Shown here: positions 41,771 through 54,197 of the stretch, piece by piece
How positions within the stretch are numbered: position 1 is the first letter of the stretch
How the letters are laid out: each line of letters starts with the position of its first letter
Origin: Octopus sinensis
Taxonomy: Eukaryota
Direction of reading: 5' to 3'
Assembly (NCBI RefSeq): GCF_006345805.1
Contig: NW_021833120.1
Location: forward strand, 1-64,000
Length of the DNA stretch: 64,000 bases
Position numbers and translations under genes: made by a program
Notes under the pieces: model-generated
The model's database searches: none
The model's input: only the letters and a program-made list of their open reading frames with translations
What the model was told of the DNA's origin: nothing

Positions 41771-42290
41771 AAGTGATAGCATATTGTCAACTTAATGTGA
41801 CAGTTCCATCAAAGGGAAGAATGCTACTGTTATTTTGCCCTAAGAAATACCGTTTCCTGTTGAACTTGACGTATTTCCTTATGCTACTACTGCATAAATC
41901 TCTCTCAGAGATCTAGAAATATATTATTTCGATTTTCAAAATTCAGTGAATGTATTTCACTTGAAATATATAAGATTTCAAAGGCGGATAGGCATCGACA
42001 GCTAGCGAGCCATGCTACTCCAGATTCATGATTACCAATGACTCTGAAACTAGTCTCTGGATGCTGGTTTTGCTGGGTGGTGGTGCTTGTTTCCACTTCG
42101 AAAACATAAGGACAGAGGAAATGTGTCAAGTCCAACAGGAAACGATGTTTCCTAGGGTTAAATAACAGTAGCATTCTTCCCTTTCAGGGGACTGTCACAT
42201 TAAGTTGACAACATACTATCACTTTATCGTGCTGCTACTGCATATATCTCTCCGAGAGATTTAGAAATGCATTATTTCTATTTTCAGCAA
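41771..42290. mobile_element. Insertion with ~110-bp inverted repeat (41771-41879/42116-42225), ~58-bp direct repeat and degenerate hammerhead at 42019-42061
   Basis: Direct comparison of arms; TCCAGA-TTCATGA..GAAA-CTAG-TC-TCTGGA. Confidence 0.65.
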
Positions 42291-42294
42291 CAAG

Positions 42295-42394
42295 GTTTTA
42301 ATAAGAAAGGATTGAAATTAATGCATACAAGATTTCACAACCCTGGCATCAACCCTTAATAATCAGCCTAGGAACTTTACAGACCATCCTCGTA
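42295..42394 (-). mobile_element. Probable mariner 5' terminus (TIR) ending in TA
   Basis: CAGCCTAGGAACTTTACAGACCATCCTCGTA; minus strand begins TA-CGAGG as in mariner TIRs. Confidence 0.6.
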
Positions 42395-42530
42395 CATTAA
42401 AAATCTTAGATCTTTTGGTTTCTGTAATTTCTATTCCTATATTTTGATTTCTTTCATTCACTTTCTTTCTTTATCTTTTTCTGTTGTTTGTCTCTTTTTC
42501 GGTCTGTCTGTATGACTGTCTGTCTGTCTG

Positions 42531-42562
<32 letters not shown>

Positions 42563-42572
42563 CATCTCTCTC

Positions 42573-42616
<44 letters not shown>

Positions 42617-43326
42617 AGGAATCAAATGATGACACTACTACGAAATGGGTTACGTTCATGGTTTCATTCCCTAATACGCACTTACATATATATCCATATG
42701 TGCACACACACACACACACCACACACACACACCACACACACACACACTAACACTCACAGAGCAGAAGAGCGGTCAACAAAGCGCGAAACGGTCCGTCAGG
42801 AAACACTCATCGTCTTTTTCTATCCTCGAATCAATATTATAGACAGAATGTATTTTCGTTTCTATTAAACCCGCTGTAATGCTTCAATTTCCTTCCTTTC
42901 ATCTGACTTATGCTGCGCTGTGCAAAAATATGCATATACAATTACATATATACATAGATAGACACAGATATGTATGTATGTATATAATTATATATACATA
43001 CATACATAAATACACACACACATATATATATGTATGCATATAGTTATGTATGTATGGGTATATATATATATATAATATATATATATTCGTCTTTTATTTG
43101 CTTTTGCCATATTATCACAATTATCCTCAAAATTTGTTTATCCTGAGTATTTGCATATTTTGATAAACGATATCTTGTTTATGCAAATGAGTTGATGCGT
43201 CACAAATCCAAGCGTTACAATAGAGCGAGAAATGTTACAAAAGCGCCATAAATCTGCGTGTCAACGACGCGATGACACCTTTATTAAAAAGTCAGTGCAG
43301 AATACAAGATATTCAGATATATACAT

Positions 43327-43360
<34 letters not shown>

Positions 43361-43594
43361 GCATGTGTATGTGTGTATATGCATATATATATGTATACAC
43401 ACACACACACTCACACACACACATATATATATATACATATACATATACATATATATAAATTCTTGTGTGTGTGTGTGTATATATATGTATATATATGTAT
43501 ATATACATATACATATACATGTATATATATATATGTGTGTGTATATATATATGTACATTCGTATATGCATATATATATATATACATATATACAC

Positions 43595-43626
<32 letters not shown>

Positions 43627-44241
43627 TTATGTATATGTATATATATATATGTACGTATATATGTATGCGAGTATATATTCGTACTTCTGATATATTTATG
43701 GACCGATGTATTTGTGTTAGTACCCTTTTTACACAGCTTCGTGGCATGTACCCGAATCACTCGAATGAGGTGTTTTACTCCTGTTGTTTGGTCATTAGAG
43801 ACATCTTGACGTGCAATGCTAAACTCTTATTCTATATCAGAGGATGGCGCGTATCGGGTTTGTCCATCCTGATTTATTAGCTCTATGCTGGTGCGATTTC
43901 TTGCGCGGACATGTTATAGCCACCTCAACAGATGTTCGGTTATCTATCTTAGAGTAAAAAATAATGTATATGTGTGTGTGTTTTTTTAAATTTTGTTTTT
44001 GTTATTGCTGCAGCTTGCCTTAGAAGCTGAATAAATATACGTCATTTCTTACCACCACATCAAGGAAGTAGTGTAAGTTGGGGTAGAACAATATTTCATA
44101 TGTATTTATCAATTGAAGTCTCCCCTTCATGGGGGGGGGGGGCACACATACATCATTGTTTCGGACAAGTTTTCTCTTTTATTTTGAAATCTCTAAATTC
44201 ATTGGATTTCTAAGATAATCCTGTCACGTTCTTCCTATATT

Positions 44242-44453
44242 GGTTTCAAATTTTGGCAGAAGAGCAGCGATTCTCACCGAGGCGGTAAATCGATTACATT
44301 AGCTTTAGTGCTCAACTGGTACTTATTTTATCGATCCCGAACGGATGAAAGGCAAGGTCGATCCCGACTTTATTTGAATGTTTGAACGGAAATTTGGAAG
44401 AAATGCCGCTAAGCAGTTTTCCCGGTGCAGTAACGATTCTGCCAGCTCACCGC
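44242..44453 (-). mobile_element. SINE family B (reverse)
   Basis: CTGGTACTTATTTTATCGA..GGATGAAAGGCAAGGTCGA..AACGATTCTGCCAGCTCACCGC. Confidence 0.85.
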
Positions 44454-44805
44454 TTTTATATTCTAATATTATTCCATAGCTTGATTTAAGGGGAGCTAAC
44501 TCGTGGAATCGCTAAAGTACTTCTTCCTGTTCGCTGGGTTGAGAGTTAAAATCTAGTCGATGTCTTTCATCCTTTCTCATATGAATAAAATGAAGCACGT
44601 CTCAGGTAATTAATCTATAAAGTCCCACATTTCGAAATTACTCCTCAAATCGGAAATAATTATCATTATTTATTAAGGACCTAGTACTGTTTCCCTCAAT
44701 ATGTACTGTTGGTGTCCTTGATGACGTCATCCTTCTAACTAGCGCTGGCCCTTTGAGGCATAAGTGGGATCAGTTGAACACGATGCGGTATATCTTTTGC
44801 TTTCT

Positions 44806-45020
44806 TTAACCTTTTAGCGTTCAGATTACTCTGTCAAATGTAATCCTTATTTATTCAAATTGTTTTGAATTAATCCCACATTATCTTATAGCTTTAATAT
44901 TTCAATTGTTTGTTTGTATAATTTTAGAATGACATTGTAGGGTAGGTGCGAGAGGTTGGATAAGGTCACTTTTAACAGAAGACAAGTAGAATCTTTGAGC
45001 CAAATATGACCGGATTAAAT
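44806..45020 (+). mobile_element. piggyBac-like MITE, 3' end truncated
   Basis: TTAACCTTTTAGCGTTCAGATTACTCTGTCAAATGTAA; homolog of 38575-38813. Confidence 0.7.
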
Positions 45021-45707
45021 TTCATCATATATGTCCATAAGCATCTTAAACAACATCCGATCGGAAAACAAATTATATATTTTCTTGTGTTTTAGCTAGG
45101 TTCTAGCGAAGAACTAGACAAATGCAATCATACTGACAAGCACTTATTAAAACACTCACCAGTTGCTGTTCGCAGACAGAGGAACAGTTCTGGCAGCGAT
45201 AGAATTTCAATAAAATTTCTGTAACCTGTTCTGCTTTCCTTAGCATTTCAACAAAATTTCAATATCCATTGTTTGAAATTTCTCCAACAATCCCCCCAAC
45301 CCCCACCCACCGCCGCTCTTTCAGAACAAAAACATAAAGAATGTTAACTTGAAAGAGTTTATTTCGGATTTTCACGTCTTTCTGTTTTTGTTTTTTTCTT
45401 CTTCTTTTCTGTTTCTTTATATTCCACACTTATTACTCTTCCTGAAGACAATTGCTTCACCAAGATAATAAGGGTGGTTTGTGAAAGACGTAAAGGGGAA
45501 GGATTCTTTTCCGAAACGACAGCGGAAATCAGAAGAACGATATTGGAGGATTCAGAATTTCTATAAAACATCAGAACAAGGTAAAACCTCAACATAAATA
45601 TGATGCGATGCTGTTATTATGGACTGAAAAAGTCAAATGATATTTATCTTCGTAGTGGCTTACTCACTGAAATACAATATCACACAAAAGCTTCGCAGTA
45701 ATTACGC

Positions 45708-45713
45708 ATTATC

Positions 45714-45767
<54 letters not shown>

Positions 45768-45795
45768 GTTATTATTATTGTTATTATTATTATTA

Positions 45796-45833
<38 letters not shown>

Positions 45834-45849
45834 GTTATTATTATTATTA

Positions 45850-45893
<44 letters not shown>

Positions 45894-46002
45894 GTTATTA
45901 TTATTGTTATTATTATTATTATCCTTATTATTATTATTATTATTATTATTATTGTTATTATTATTATTATCATTATTATTATTATTATTATTATTATTGT
46001 TG

Positions 46003-46039
<37 letters not shown>

Positions 46040-46063
46040 CATCATCATCATCATCATCATCAT
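45708..46063. repeat. (ATT)n/(ATC)n microsatellite
   Basis: Direct reading; poly-L/I ORFs are artefacts. Confidence 0.95.
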
Positions 46064-46671
46064 AAACATGGCTACCATTATGAATCTTAGTTTGAATATA
46101 ATTTCAAATTTTAAAGTATACAAAAGATTTAAAAATTTAAAGTACAACTGACTCGTTGTATAGTTTCAGGAAGCAGCACAAAGAATGCAAATTCTATTAT
46201 GTTTTAGTTTAAATGGGAAAGCGTTATTACTAGAAATACCACGTGACTTTTTTTTCAACAATACAAAAGAAATAGATTGTTGGTATTTTGGTTGCAGAGT
46301 GAGGGAAAATGCAAATAGATAAGTGTTTACGTGATTGCATATATTCATAAGCATACGAAAATATAACATGTGTATATGAGTGTGTATATGTGTGCGTGTG
46401 TGTGTGTGTTTGCGTTTTTATAATGCATATACAATATATATTCGATGTACATAGGTAATATATATGTATATGTACGTATATATATCGACATACATAATTA
46501 CACATTGATATACATTATACTTTTGCAGGAAGAGTGATGAAAGTAACTTCGAAGTTTTGACCTCTTAGCCTTTATCAGACAGTCACTGCCACCTCTCTTC
46601 TTTTATGACTAACCCTTCAGCATAATGGTTTAATATAACTCGGTATTTACTTCACCAATATATATATATAA

Positions 46672-46875
46672 CGTGACTGTGTGTGTATCGTTGGCGACTT
46701 TCTTTCTCCGTCTTCCCTTCCTTGGATCTTTCCCTTTCCTATGATTCTGACGAAGAGCTCCGTTCGAAGCGTCAAATCTTCCGTCTTTCTTTCATTTTCC
46801 GAGCGTCCAATAACACCATACTTGCTCCACGTCCTCGCGTTGTTGTGTTTTCTCTTTGTGTTTTCATGTTTAGAT

Positions 46876-46880
<5 letters not shown>
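46672..46880 (+). mobile_element. Short repeat in (TA)n with degenerate hammerhead at 46743-46778
   Basis: GATT-CTGACGA-AGAGC-TCC-GTTC-GAAG-CG-TC-AAATC; a weaker related copy at ~555-690. Confidence 0.55.
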
Positions 46881-46921
<41 letters not shown>

Positions 46922-47302
46922 ATATTAACTATAATAAGGGTTAATTGCAACAAGTTGCTCAAAACCACATACCCGAAATATTAGAAATAGCAGCCAAATA
47001 GGTCACTATTTCTACTACTAGTAAAAAAGTCTCCACAAACAAACAGAATTTGTAACCCGTATATGGTAAAGAGAAAGAAGACAACGAAATCCCAGCCTAT
47101 TGGATTAATTATAGACGAAATCGTTTCTGGATTAGAACCGAAAGTTCATTTCCTTGTCAATATAATATTTCCTATAAATCTAGAAATGCTAGGAAAAAAC
47201 TCACCCATTACACCAACTCGATCAGGCGACATCGAACGATATAACGGTGCGCTAGCATCTCTACATTTATATAGACAGGCGAATTCGTATCTCCCTGAAA
47301 TT

Positions 47303-47344
<42 letters not shown>

Positions 47345-47345
<1 letters not shown>

Positions 47346-47540
47346 ATGGACAAGAGAAACAACAACTAGAAGGACAGGCAAAACAAGAAGGGTCATTCGT
47401 GACTTTCTTTCCTCAGTCAAGTTCGAAAAGTCATGACCATTTCGGGCAGTTACACTTGAGGTGGTTCGATCTGGTTGCCTCCCAAAAAGTCTAAGCTAAG
47501 AGCATTAGACCGCTTTGTAAGAAAGCTAGCGAAGGTGTAC
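47345..47540. mobile_element. Repeat family C copy
   Basis: GGGTCATTCG..TTTCTTTCCTCAGTCAAG..ATTTCGG..CTAAGCTAAGAGCATTAGA. Confidence 0.65.
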
Positions 47541-47608
47541 GGCAACAAAGACACACACATACCTTCGCGCGCGCACACACACATACCTTCGCGCGCGCAC
47601 ACACACAG

Positions 47609-47652
<44 letters not shown>

Positions 47653-48084
47653 GTGTATATGTATATAAAATCTAAATTAGAGATAAAACCACTATTATAC
47701 AACTCAAAGTGTGATAGCCATAAACCAAAACATGAATAACAAATGAAAAATATTTTTATAAAACATATAACTAGATCTCAAAAGGTATAAAATTGAATGA
47801 CCAATATATAATAAGTAAAGAAACTACGTACGTTTCATGGCTACAATTAAATTCGTATTACAATTAAATTTAAATTCAATTGAAATAAGCTAGCGAAGGT
47901 GTACGGCAACAAAGACACAAACATACCTTCGAGCGCGCACACACACACACACACACAGAGGCACACACAAAGTGTCTTCATGTATAGACACACACATGTA
48001 TGTATATGCATGTGTATATGCGAGAGTGTGCGTGCGTGTGTTTACGTGTGTGTATGTGTATGTGCGTGCGTGTGTGTGTGTGAG

Positions 48085-48318
48085 TGTGCATGTATATATG
48101 TGACTTTGTGTTTATGTCCGTCCACCAACGCTTGACCGCCAGTGCTGGTTTATTTAAGTCTCCGTAACTTAGCTACTCGTCAATAAGAGAACGATAGAAT
48201 AAGCGCTAGGGTTTCAAACGTAAGTACTGGGGCTGATTCTCTTGACTGAAAGCTTTGAAGGCGGTGCCCCAGCATGACCGCACTCCAATGACTGAAACAA
48301 GTAAGAGATAATAGATAA
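48085..48318 (+). mobile_element. SINE family A 3' half
   Basis: CGTAACTTAGC..GAAGGCGGTGCCCCAGCATGACCGCA..ATGACTGAAACAAGTAAGAG. Confidence 0.85.
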
Positions 48319-48859
48319 AAAGAAATATTTATATATATAGAAGTGTGTGTGTGCGTGCGAGTGTATGCGTATGTCTTCATGTATGTGTTTGTGTGCGAGT
48401 GTGTGTGTATCTTTATATGTGTGTGCGTGTGTGTGTGTGTGTGAGTGTATGTGTGTGTCTTCATGTGTGTGTGTGTGTATTTTGATGTGTCTGTGTCTGT
48501 GCGTGCACGAGCGTGTGTGTGCGTGTGTTCATGTGTGTGTGTGTCTGTGTGTTTGTGTGTGCGTGTTTGTGTGCGTGTGTTTGTGTGTGTGTACGTGTGG
48601 ATAGATAGAAGGATGAACGGTGAATGGGTGCGTGTGTCGATAGATAAATAAATGGGTTGGGAGATCGAGAAGGAAAGAAAAAAGCTCTTGTACACAGGAC
48701 ACGTACACACCTACGCACACACACACACACACACCACAACACTTTCTCTCTCTATCTCTATCTCTCTCTCTGTTACCCACAAACTTTATTTCTCTCTCAC
48801 ACATACACACGGACAAACGCACGCATAAATACAGATAGATACGTAGACAGGCAAGCAGA

Positions 48860-48916
48860 GAAACAGATAGATCGATAGATAAATAGATAGCTAAATAGAT
48901 TGATGAATAGATAGAT

Positions 48917-48968
<52 letters not shown>

Positions 48969-49090
48969 ATACATATATACCTACATAGAGTGATAGATAG
49001 GTAGAGATAGATAAATACACACACACACACACACATGCACACATAGAGATCAGTAGATAGATTAATAGATTGATGAATAGATAGATAGAT

Positions 49091-49173
<83 letters not shown>

Positions 49174-49240
49174 AAGATAGATAGGCAGATAGATAAATAG
49201 ATAGATAAATAGAGATAGATAGGTGATAGATAGATAGATT
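48860..49240. repeat. (TAGA)n array
   Basis: Direct reading. Confidence 0.95.
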
Positions 49241-50158
49241 GCTAGACTAAGAGATGGGGTCAGAATGACAAATAGAACGAGAAACAAATGCAAGAGAGAC
49301 AGATAGATGTGTAGAGAGTGGGAAAGAAAAATAAAAATAAAAATAAAAAGAGAGAGAGAGAGAGAGAGAGGGAATGAGAGTGTGTGGTGGGGGTGAAAGA
49401 GGGCGGACTACGCACAGAACGTCATGTTCAAAAAGACAATAGAAAACTGTGTGAAGCCAGGTTGTGAACAGTGGACCAATTAATTTCTCCTCCTCCTCCT
49501 CTCAATCTCTCCCTCTCCCTCTCTCTGTCTCTGTGTGTCTCTGTCTCTCTTTCTTCCTCCACTTAATTATCATGGTTAACAGGTCTTTTGGTACGTGTCT
49601 TTAAAACCAACACCACCAACAACAACAGCAACAATAACAACAAACTATGACTTCGCCGCGGTTCAGGGCTATTTCAGTGAAGCCTCCATTTCCCAACATT
49701 TCTGTCTCTCGCACATTTTACTCACCGCCATTTTACCTTCTTCCCACACGTTATTATTCCTTCACTCTCTCTCTCTCTCTTGCCCTTTCTCTCTTTTGTT
49801 GTCTCGCTTTTCTTCTCTTTCTCTCTCCTTAATTTCTTTCTCCCTTCTTCCGGCCCACATCCATCTACATTCCCACTATTTCTAGGATCCATTTCCACCC
49901 CACCTCTCCATATCTAGCTACTGCAGTCCTAAATCAATCAATCAATAATAGATCGATATATATGCTTTTTTTCTGTATCCCTACGTTATCTTTATCTTTA
50001 ACAATTTACCTACATTTACACATACACACACACACAAGCACACACGCACACACTATTTGCAAGTACGTACGTAAACATACTATACACCGCATAAAAGAAA
50101 ACATAAATTTATTCAACAGACATACATGCATGTATACAAGTATGTATGCATATGTGTA

Positions 50159-50210
<52 letters not shown>

Positions 50211-50574
50211 CTTGTGTGTGTGTGTGTGTGCGCGCACGAACGCATGCATATGTACATGCATAATGATTTTAAATTTGGGTATACACGTTGTAGTATGTCA
50301 TTTGAAGCCTATTCTCTGAGAATTCTATTTTTTCTCTTATTTAAGCACACTCACACACACACGCGCATACAAATATTTTTGTGTGTGTTTATGTGTATGT
50401 GTATGTGTGTGTGTTTAAGTGTGTGTGTGTGTGTGTGTGCGCGCGAAGATAAAGGGGGCACAATAAACTGTGACACGTTATCACTCCAGTAGCCAGAGCA
50501 ATACGAAGCGGGACATCAACCTCGGGTTAAGTAAGTGAATGGAATAGAAGCCAGATAAGAGAAACAAAAATAAA

Positions 50575-50684
50575 CCTTTCTACTGAAAGCGCAAGTCCTG
50601 AAATTTTGAGGGGAGGGGACTAGTCGATGAAATGCCGCTAAGTATTATGTCCGGCATGCTAACGATTCTGCCAGCTCACCGCCT
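50575..50684 (-). mobile_element. SINE family B, internally deleted (reverse)
   Basis: GACTAGTCGA/TGAAATGCCGCTAAG..AACGATTCTGCCAGCTCACCGCC. Confidence 0.75.
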
Positions 50685-50770
50685 TAGAGAAACAACAATA
50701 ACAAGCAGAAAAGGCTTGTGATACTCAATGCGTTGTAGGAAATATACGCGTTTCGGCAAAATGTATTTAT

Positions 50771-50869
50771 TGTAGGACACTAATGAGATATGAAACGTGG
50801 TTGCGCAATGTTACCACCAGTGTTATGTAATTATCTTGGTCTTTCCGTGAAACACGTGTATGTCCTATA
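50771..50869 (+). ncRNA. Type-I hammerhead-like motif with long stem II region and G5A core change
   Basis: TGTAGGACA-CTAATGA-(62 nt)-GAAA-CACGTG-TA-TGTCCTATA; 9-bp stem I including one G-U pair. Confidence 0.6.
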
Positions 50870-51026
50870 AAGCATTGACTAATAGAGCTGTTTTCTGCTT
50901 AATATTGTTATTTCTATATACATATGTATATTACTATATATTAAGCTAAATTATATTATATACATATATATACAAACAAACGTACATACAGAGACGCGTG
51001 CAGGCACACACACAAACACGCACACA

Positions 51027-51082
<56 letters not shown>

Positions 51083-51084
51083 TT

Positions 51085-51315
51085 AAATTGGGATAAGAAC
51101 GCAAAACATTTAGAAGACGATACAAAAAACACGGACGAGACATTCGAAGCCTTCAATCTTCAGTCAAGAACCGGACCATCCTCGCAATTTACGCAACAGG
51201 CGACAACACGACATCCAGACAGTTAGATGATACAAAAGGGACAAGAAAAAACAAGGACGGTCATTCGGAGTTTTCTTTCGTTAGTCGAGTTCCAGTTTCG
51301 GCTGGTTATACTCGA
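51085..51315. mobile_element. Repeat family C (two partial copies)
   Basis: Reverse complement of 35250-35410. Confidence 0.7.
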
Positions 51316-51317
51316 TG

Positions 51318-51350
<33 letters not shown>

Positions 51351-51354
<4 letters not shown>

Positions 51355-51708
51355 CGTATTTTTGCCATTTCAATATGGCTAACCCCTAAGGGTGGATGCT
51401 ACTGTAGTTTTTAGCCCCAGGAGGACACACTCCTCCAGCTGGCCATAGACACACTATCTGTGTCCTGTCAGTATTTGCAAAGGGAAGTCATCCTTCCCGT
51501 CTTCAACTTATGATACACACGGACTCGAGTTTCGAGGTATTGACCTCTCGTCAGCGTGTGACAATCATAGTTGTCGCCGAGAATTAGATTTCCTTCGCAA
51601 ATACTTATACTTTTTCCAGCGTCCACTGTCGCTGATATTGAAAAAGTGAAATCAAACAATGATAAATATCAAAGTGAGTTATATACAGTAGCGGTAACAC
51701 ATCGTGAC

Positions 51709-51712
<4 letters not shown>
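51351..51712 (-). mobile_element. ~350-nt hammerhead-bearing element (retrozyme or PLE pLTR-like) inserted in (TA)n
   Basis: Bounded by GTGACGTAT direct repeats at 51351-51359 and 51704-51712; contains a canonical hammerhead; no meaningful ORF. Confidence 0.6.
51516..51560 (-). ncRNA. Canonical minimal type-I hammerhead ribozyme
   Basis: CACACG-CTGACGA-GAGGT-CAAT-ACCTC-GAAA-CTCGAG-TC-CGTGTG: all core nucleotides, perfect stems I and II, palindromic stem III, GUC triplet. Confidence 0.88.
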
Positions 51713-51745
<33 letters not shown>

Positions 51746-51761
51746 ACTGACCGGGTGAATT

Positions 51762-51795
51762 CTGATGAGTATCCTAATTAGGATCAAAACTAGTC
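51762..51795 (+). ncRNA. Degenerate hammerhead motif
   Basis: CTGATGA-GTATCCT-AATT-AGGATC-AAAA-CTAG-TC; GAAA mutated and stem I unclear. Confidence 0.5.
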
Positions 51796-53561
51796 CAAGT
51801 CAATTTCTAATTTACACTCTACAGAAGCAATAACAACAGTTATCTCCTATTTTTTTAAGTACAGGCTGAAAAAAAAATCCATACCTGCCTTTAATGAATT
51901 TATAATTATTGAATTGCGTAAGCAAGCAGCAAAGCTTCCAAAACTTTTTCGCATTCGCCTGTTTTAATGCTACTGCAATCTTTTTGTTGTTTGACATACA
52001 AGACGAGAGAAAAGCCATTCAGTTTCAATAAGAAATAAGTGACATCTTGACAAAGGTTTCTCTTGGTTTGTTTTCGTCCCCGCAATTTAGAATTTTTATA
52101 GGAATGTCCTTAAGAACAAGTTAATCTCTATTTTCTTTCTCGGAGTAAAGTGGTAGCTGTGTTCCTGCTTCAACAAGCGCCATTAAAACTACTTCTCTGC
52201 TTTCCTGGCGGCAAACATAAGTATTCAACTTTTACAAAAGACATTAGAAGATACAGATAGATTAAGATATGATGAAACGCTGATGAAACACTCTTCGATT
52301 ACAGAGTGATCCCGCTCTTTCAAATAGGTTTTTACACTTGCTTAAATCAAATTAACAACTAGTTAATTAAATAAATAGTTAATTTCTTATGTTAAATTTT
52401 CTTCTTAATAGATCTGTGAACATCTATATATTATATATATATATATATATATAACTTTTCTCCAATACTACATGAGTGTATGTAAATGTGTATGTTATTT
52501 CATTTGAGTAATAATTTTATATAACGTATATATGATATTTATAAAATAATATGTATAATATGGAAGGTCGGCAATTGTCGGCTGATGCTAATGCACGGAA
52601 ACAACTGTTGTGTATTGGATTGATGCCTGTTCATACCATCTTGTATTATAAATTACTTGTATGTATGTATATATATTCATATATGTATACTATATACATG
52701 TATACACGCATATAGACATTTGTATATACTCACATGTATATCTTATATTCCACACACACACACACACATACACATGCATATAATGATATTTGCTAATCCT
52801 TGATAATGTTATATACACTTGATTTCTTTGGGTATTTGTGTCTATGGCTGAGCACATATTCCGCCATTTGCAATTCATTGATGGCTGTGAAAAAGCGAAC
52901 ATTTCTTAATCCCATAAATATCTCTGTTAACCTAACATTAACTGGAGATGTCAGGTCATCCTCTCGCTCCGTTCACACACTATCAAATTGCTGCCACAAA
53001 TATATATCGCCGACATAAGAATAATAAGACAGAACATAACTTTATTAAATGGTGCGGAAATAAAAATTCAAGAAAACAACACAAATAATCATTAAATAAA
53101 AAAAAAGAATAAAAGAATAACAAAACAAATAGAATAACGAACTTAAAAACCATAAACCCCACCACCACCGCCATCAACAACAACAACAATAAAACAACGA
53201 CGACAACAACAACTATAACGAAATGCGAAAAATACAAAAGAAAACATCTTCAAAATGGCGTCCACCCTTTCGGATTTTCTAATATATTTTCGAAGTGTAT
53301 CTTTCACTTTTCGTTTTGTCTCATTTGTTTCGTTGATCAATTGGAAAGAGTCGAAGATGGCAGAATTATTTTCAATGTTTCACTCACTTACCGAAGTGTC
53401 TGCAAGAAAAATGAACCAATGAATGAAGAGAAGAACCACATGGAGATGTTCGCAAATGGAATCGTTTTTCTCGATCGTATCGACGAAATAATATATTTGC
53501 GAACGTGGCCATGTTGGCATAAGCGTGCTAGCGTGTATTTATGCTAACGGGTTTGTGTGTA

Positions 53562-53597
<36 letters not shown>

Positions 53598-53825
53598 TGT
53601 GTGTGTGTGTGTGTGTGTGCATGTGTGTGTAGAACATGCGCTGTGCTGTACGCCGATATTTTATCACCTGCAGAGCCGGAGATTTATGTCTGATTCAACA
53701 TTCCAGTAGTTCGTTGTATCCGTCATTCACTCATGAAAAGCATGGGAAAGGAAGTGATGTCATTATTCAAACGCTTGAAGGGTAGATATTACGAGCACAC
53801 ATACAAACACTCACGCGTACGCACG

Positions 53826-53858
<33 letters not shown>

Positions 53859-53884
53859 ACACACACACATACACATGCTCACAC

Positions 53885-54197
53885 AGACCAACTGACTCTC
53901 TGTCGGTTTGACCACGAGCGTTTCAGTTGATCCGATCAGCGGAACAAACAGCCTAATCATGAAAATAACCTGCAACTGACTGAGTGCTCCACAGACAAAT
54001 GAACCCTTAATGAAGTTTTCAGTGAAATTCAACGTGACGCAGAATAGGACAAGGCTGGCCCTTTAAAATACAGGTACAACTCATTTTTGCCCGCTGAGTG
54101 GGCTGGAGCAACGTGGAGTAAAGTGTCTTGCTCAAGGACACAATGCACTGCCGGGAATTGAACTCACGACCATTTGATCGTGAGCAGAATAGTAACT
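53885..54197 (-). mobile_element. tRNA-derived SINE family D (reverse)
   Basis: Minus strand GAGTTCAATTCCC B-box, then GTGTCCTTGAGCAAGACACTTTACTCCACGTTGCTCCAG. Confidence 0.8.

Noticed and set aside
51812-52230. Weak helicase-like words (IAVALKQA) on the minus strand
   Set aside because: Too degenerate, with stops; cannot be supported.
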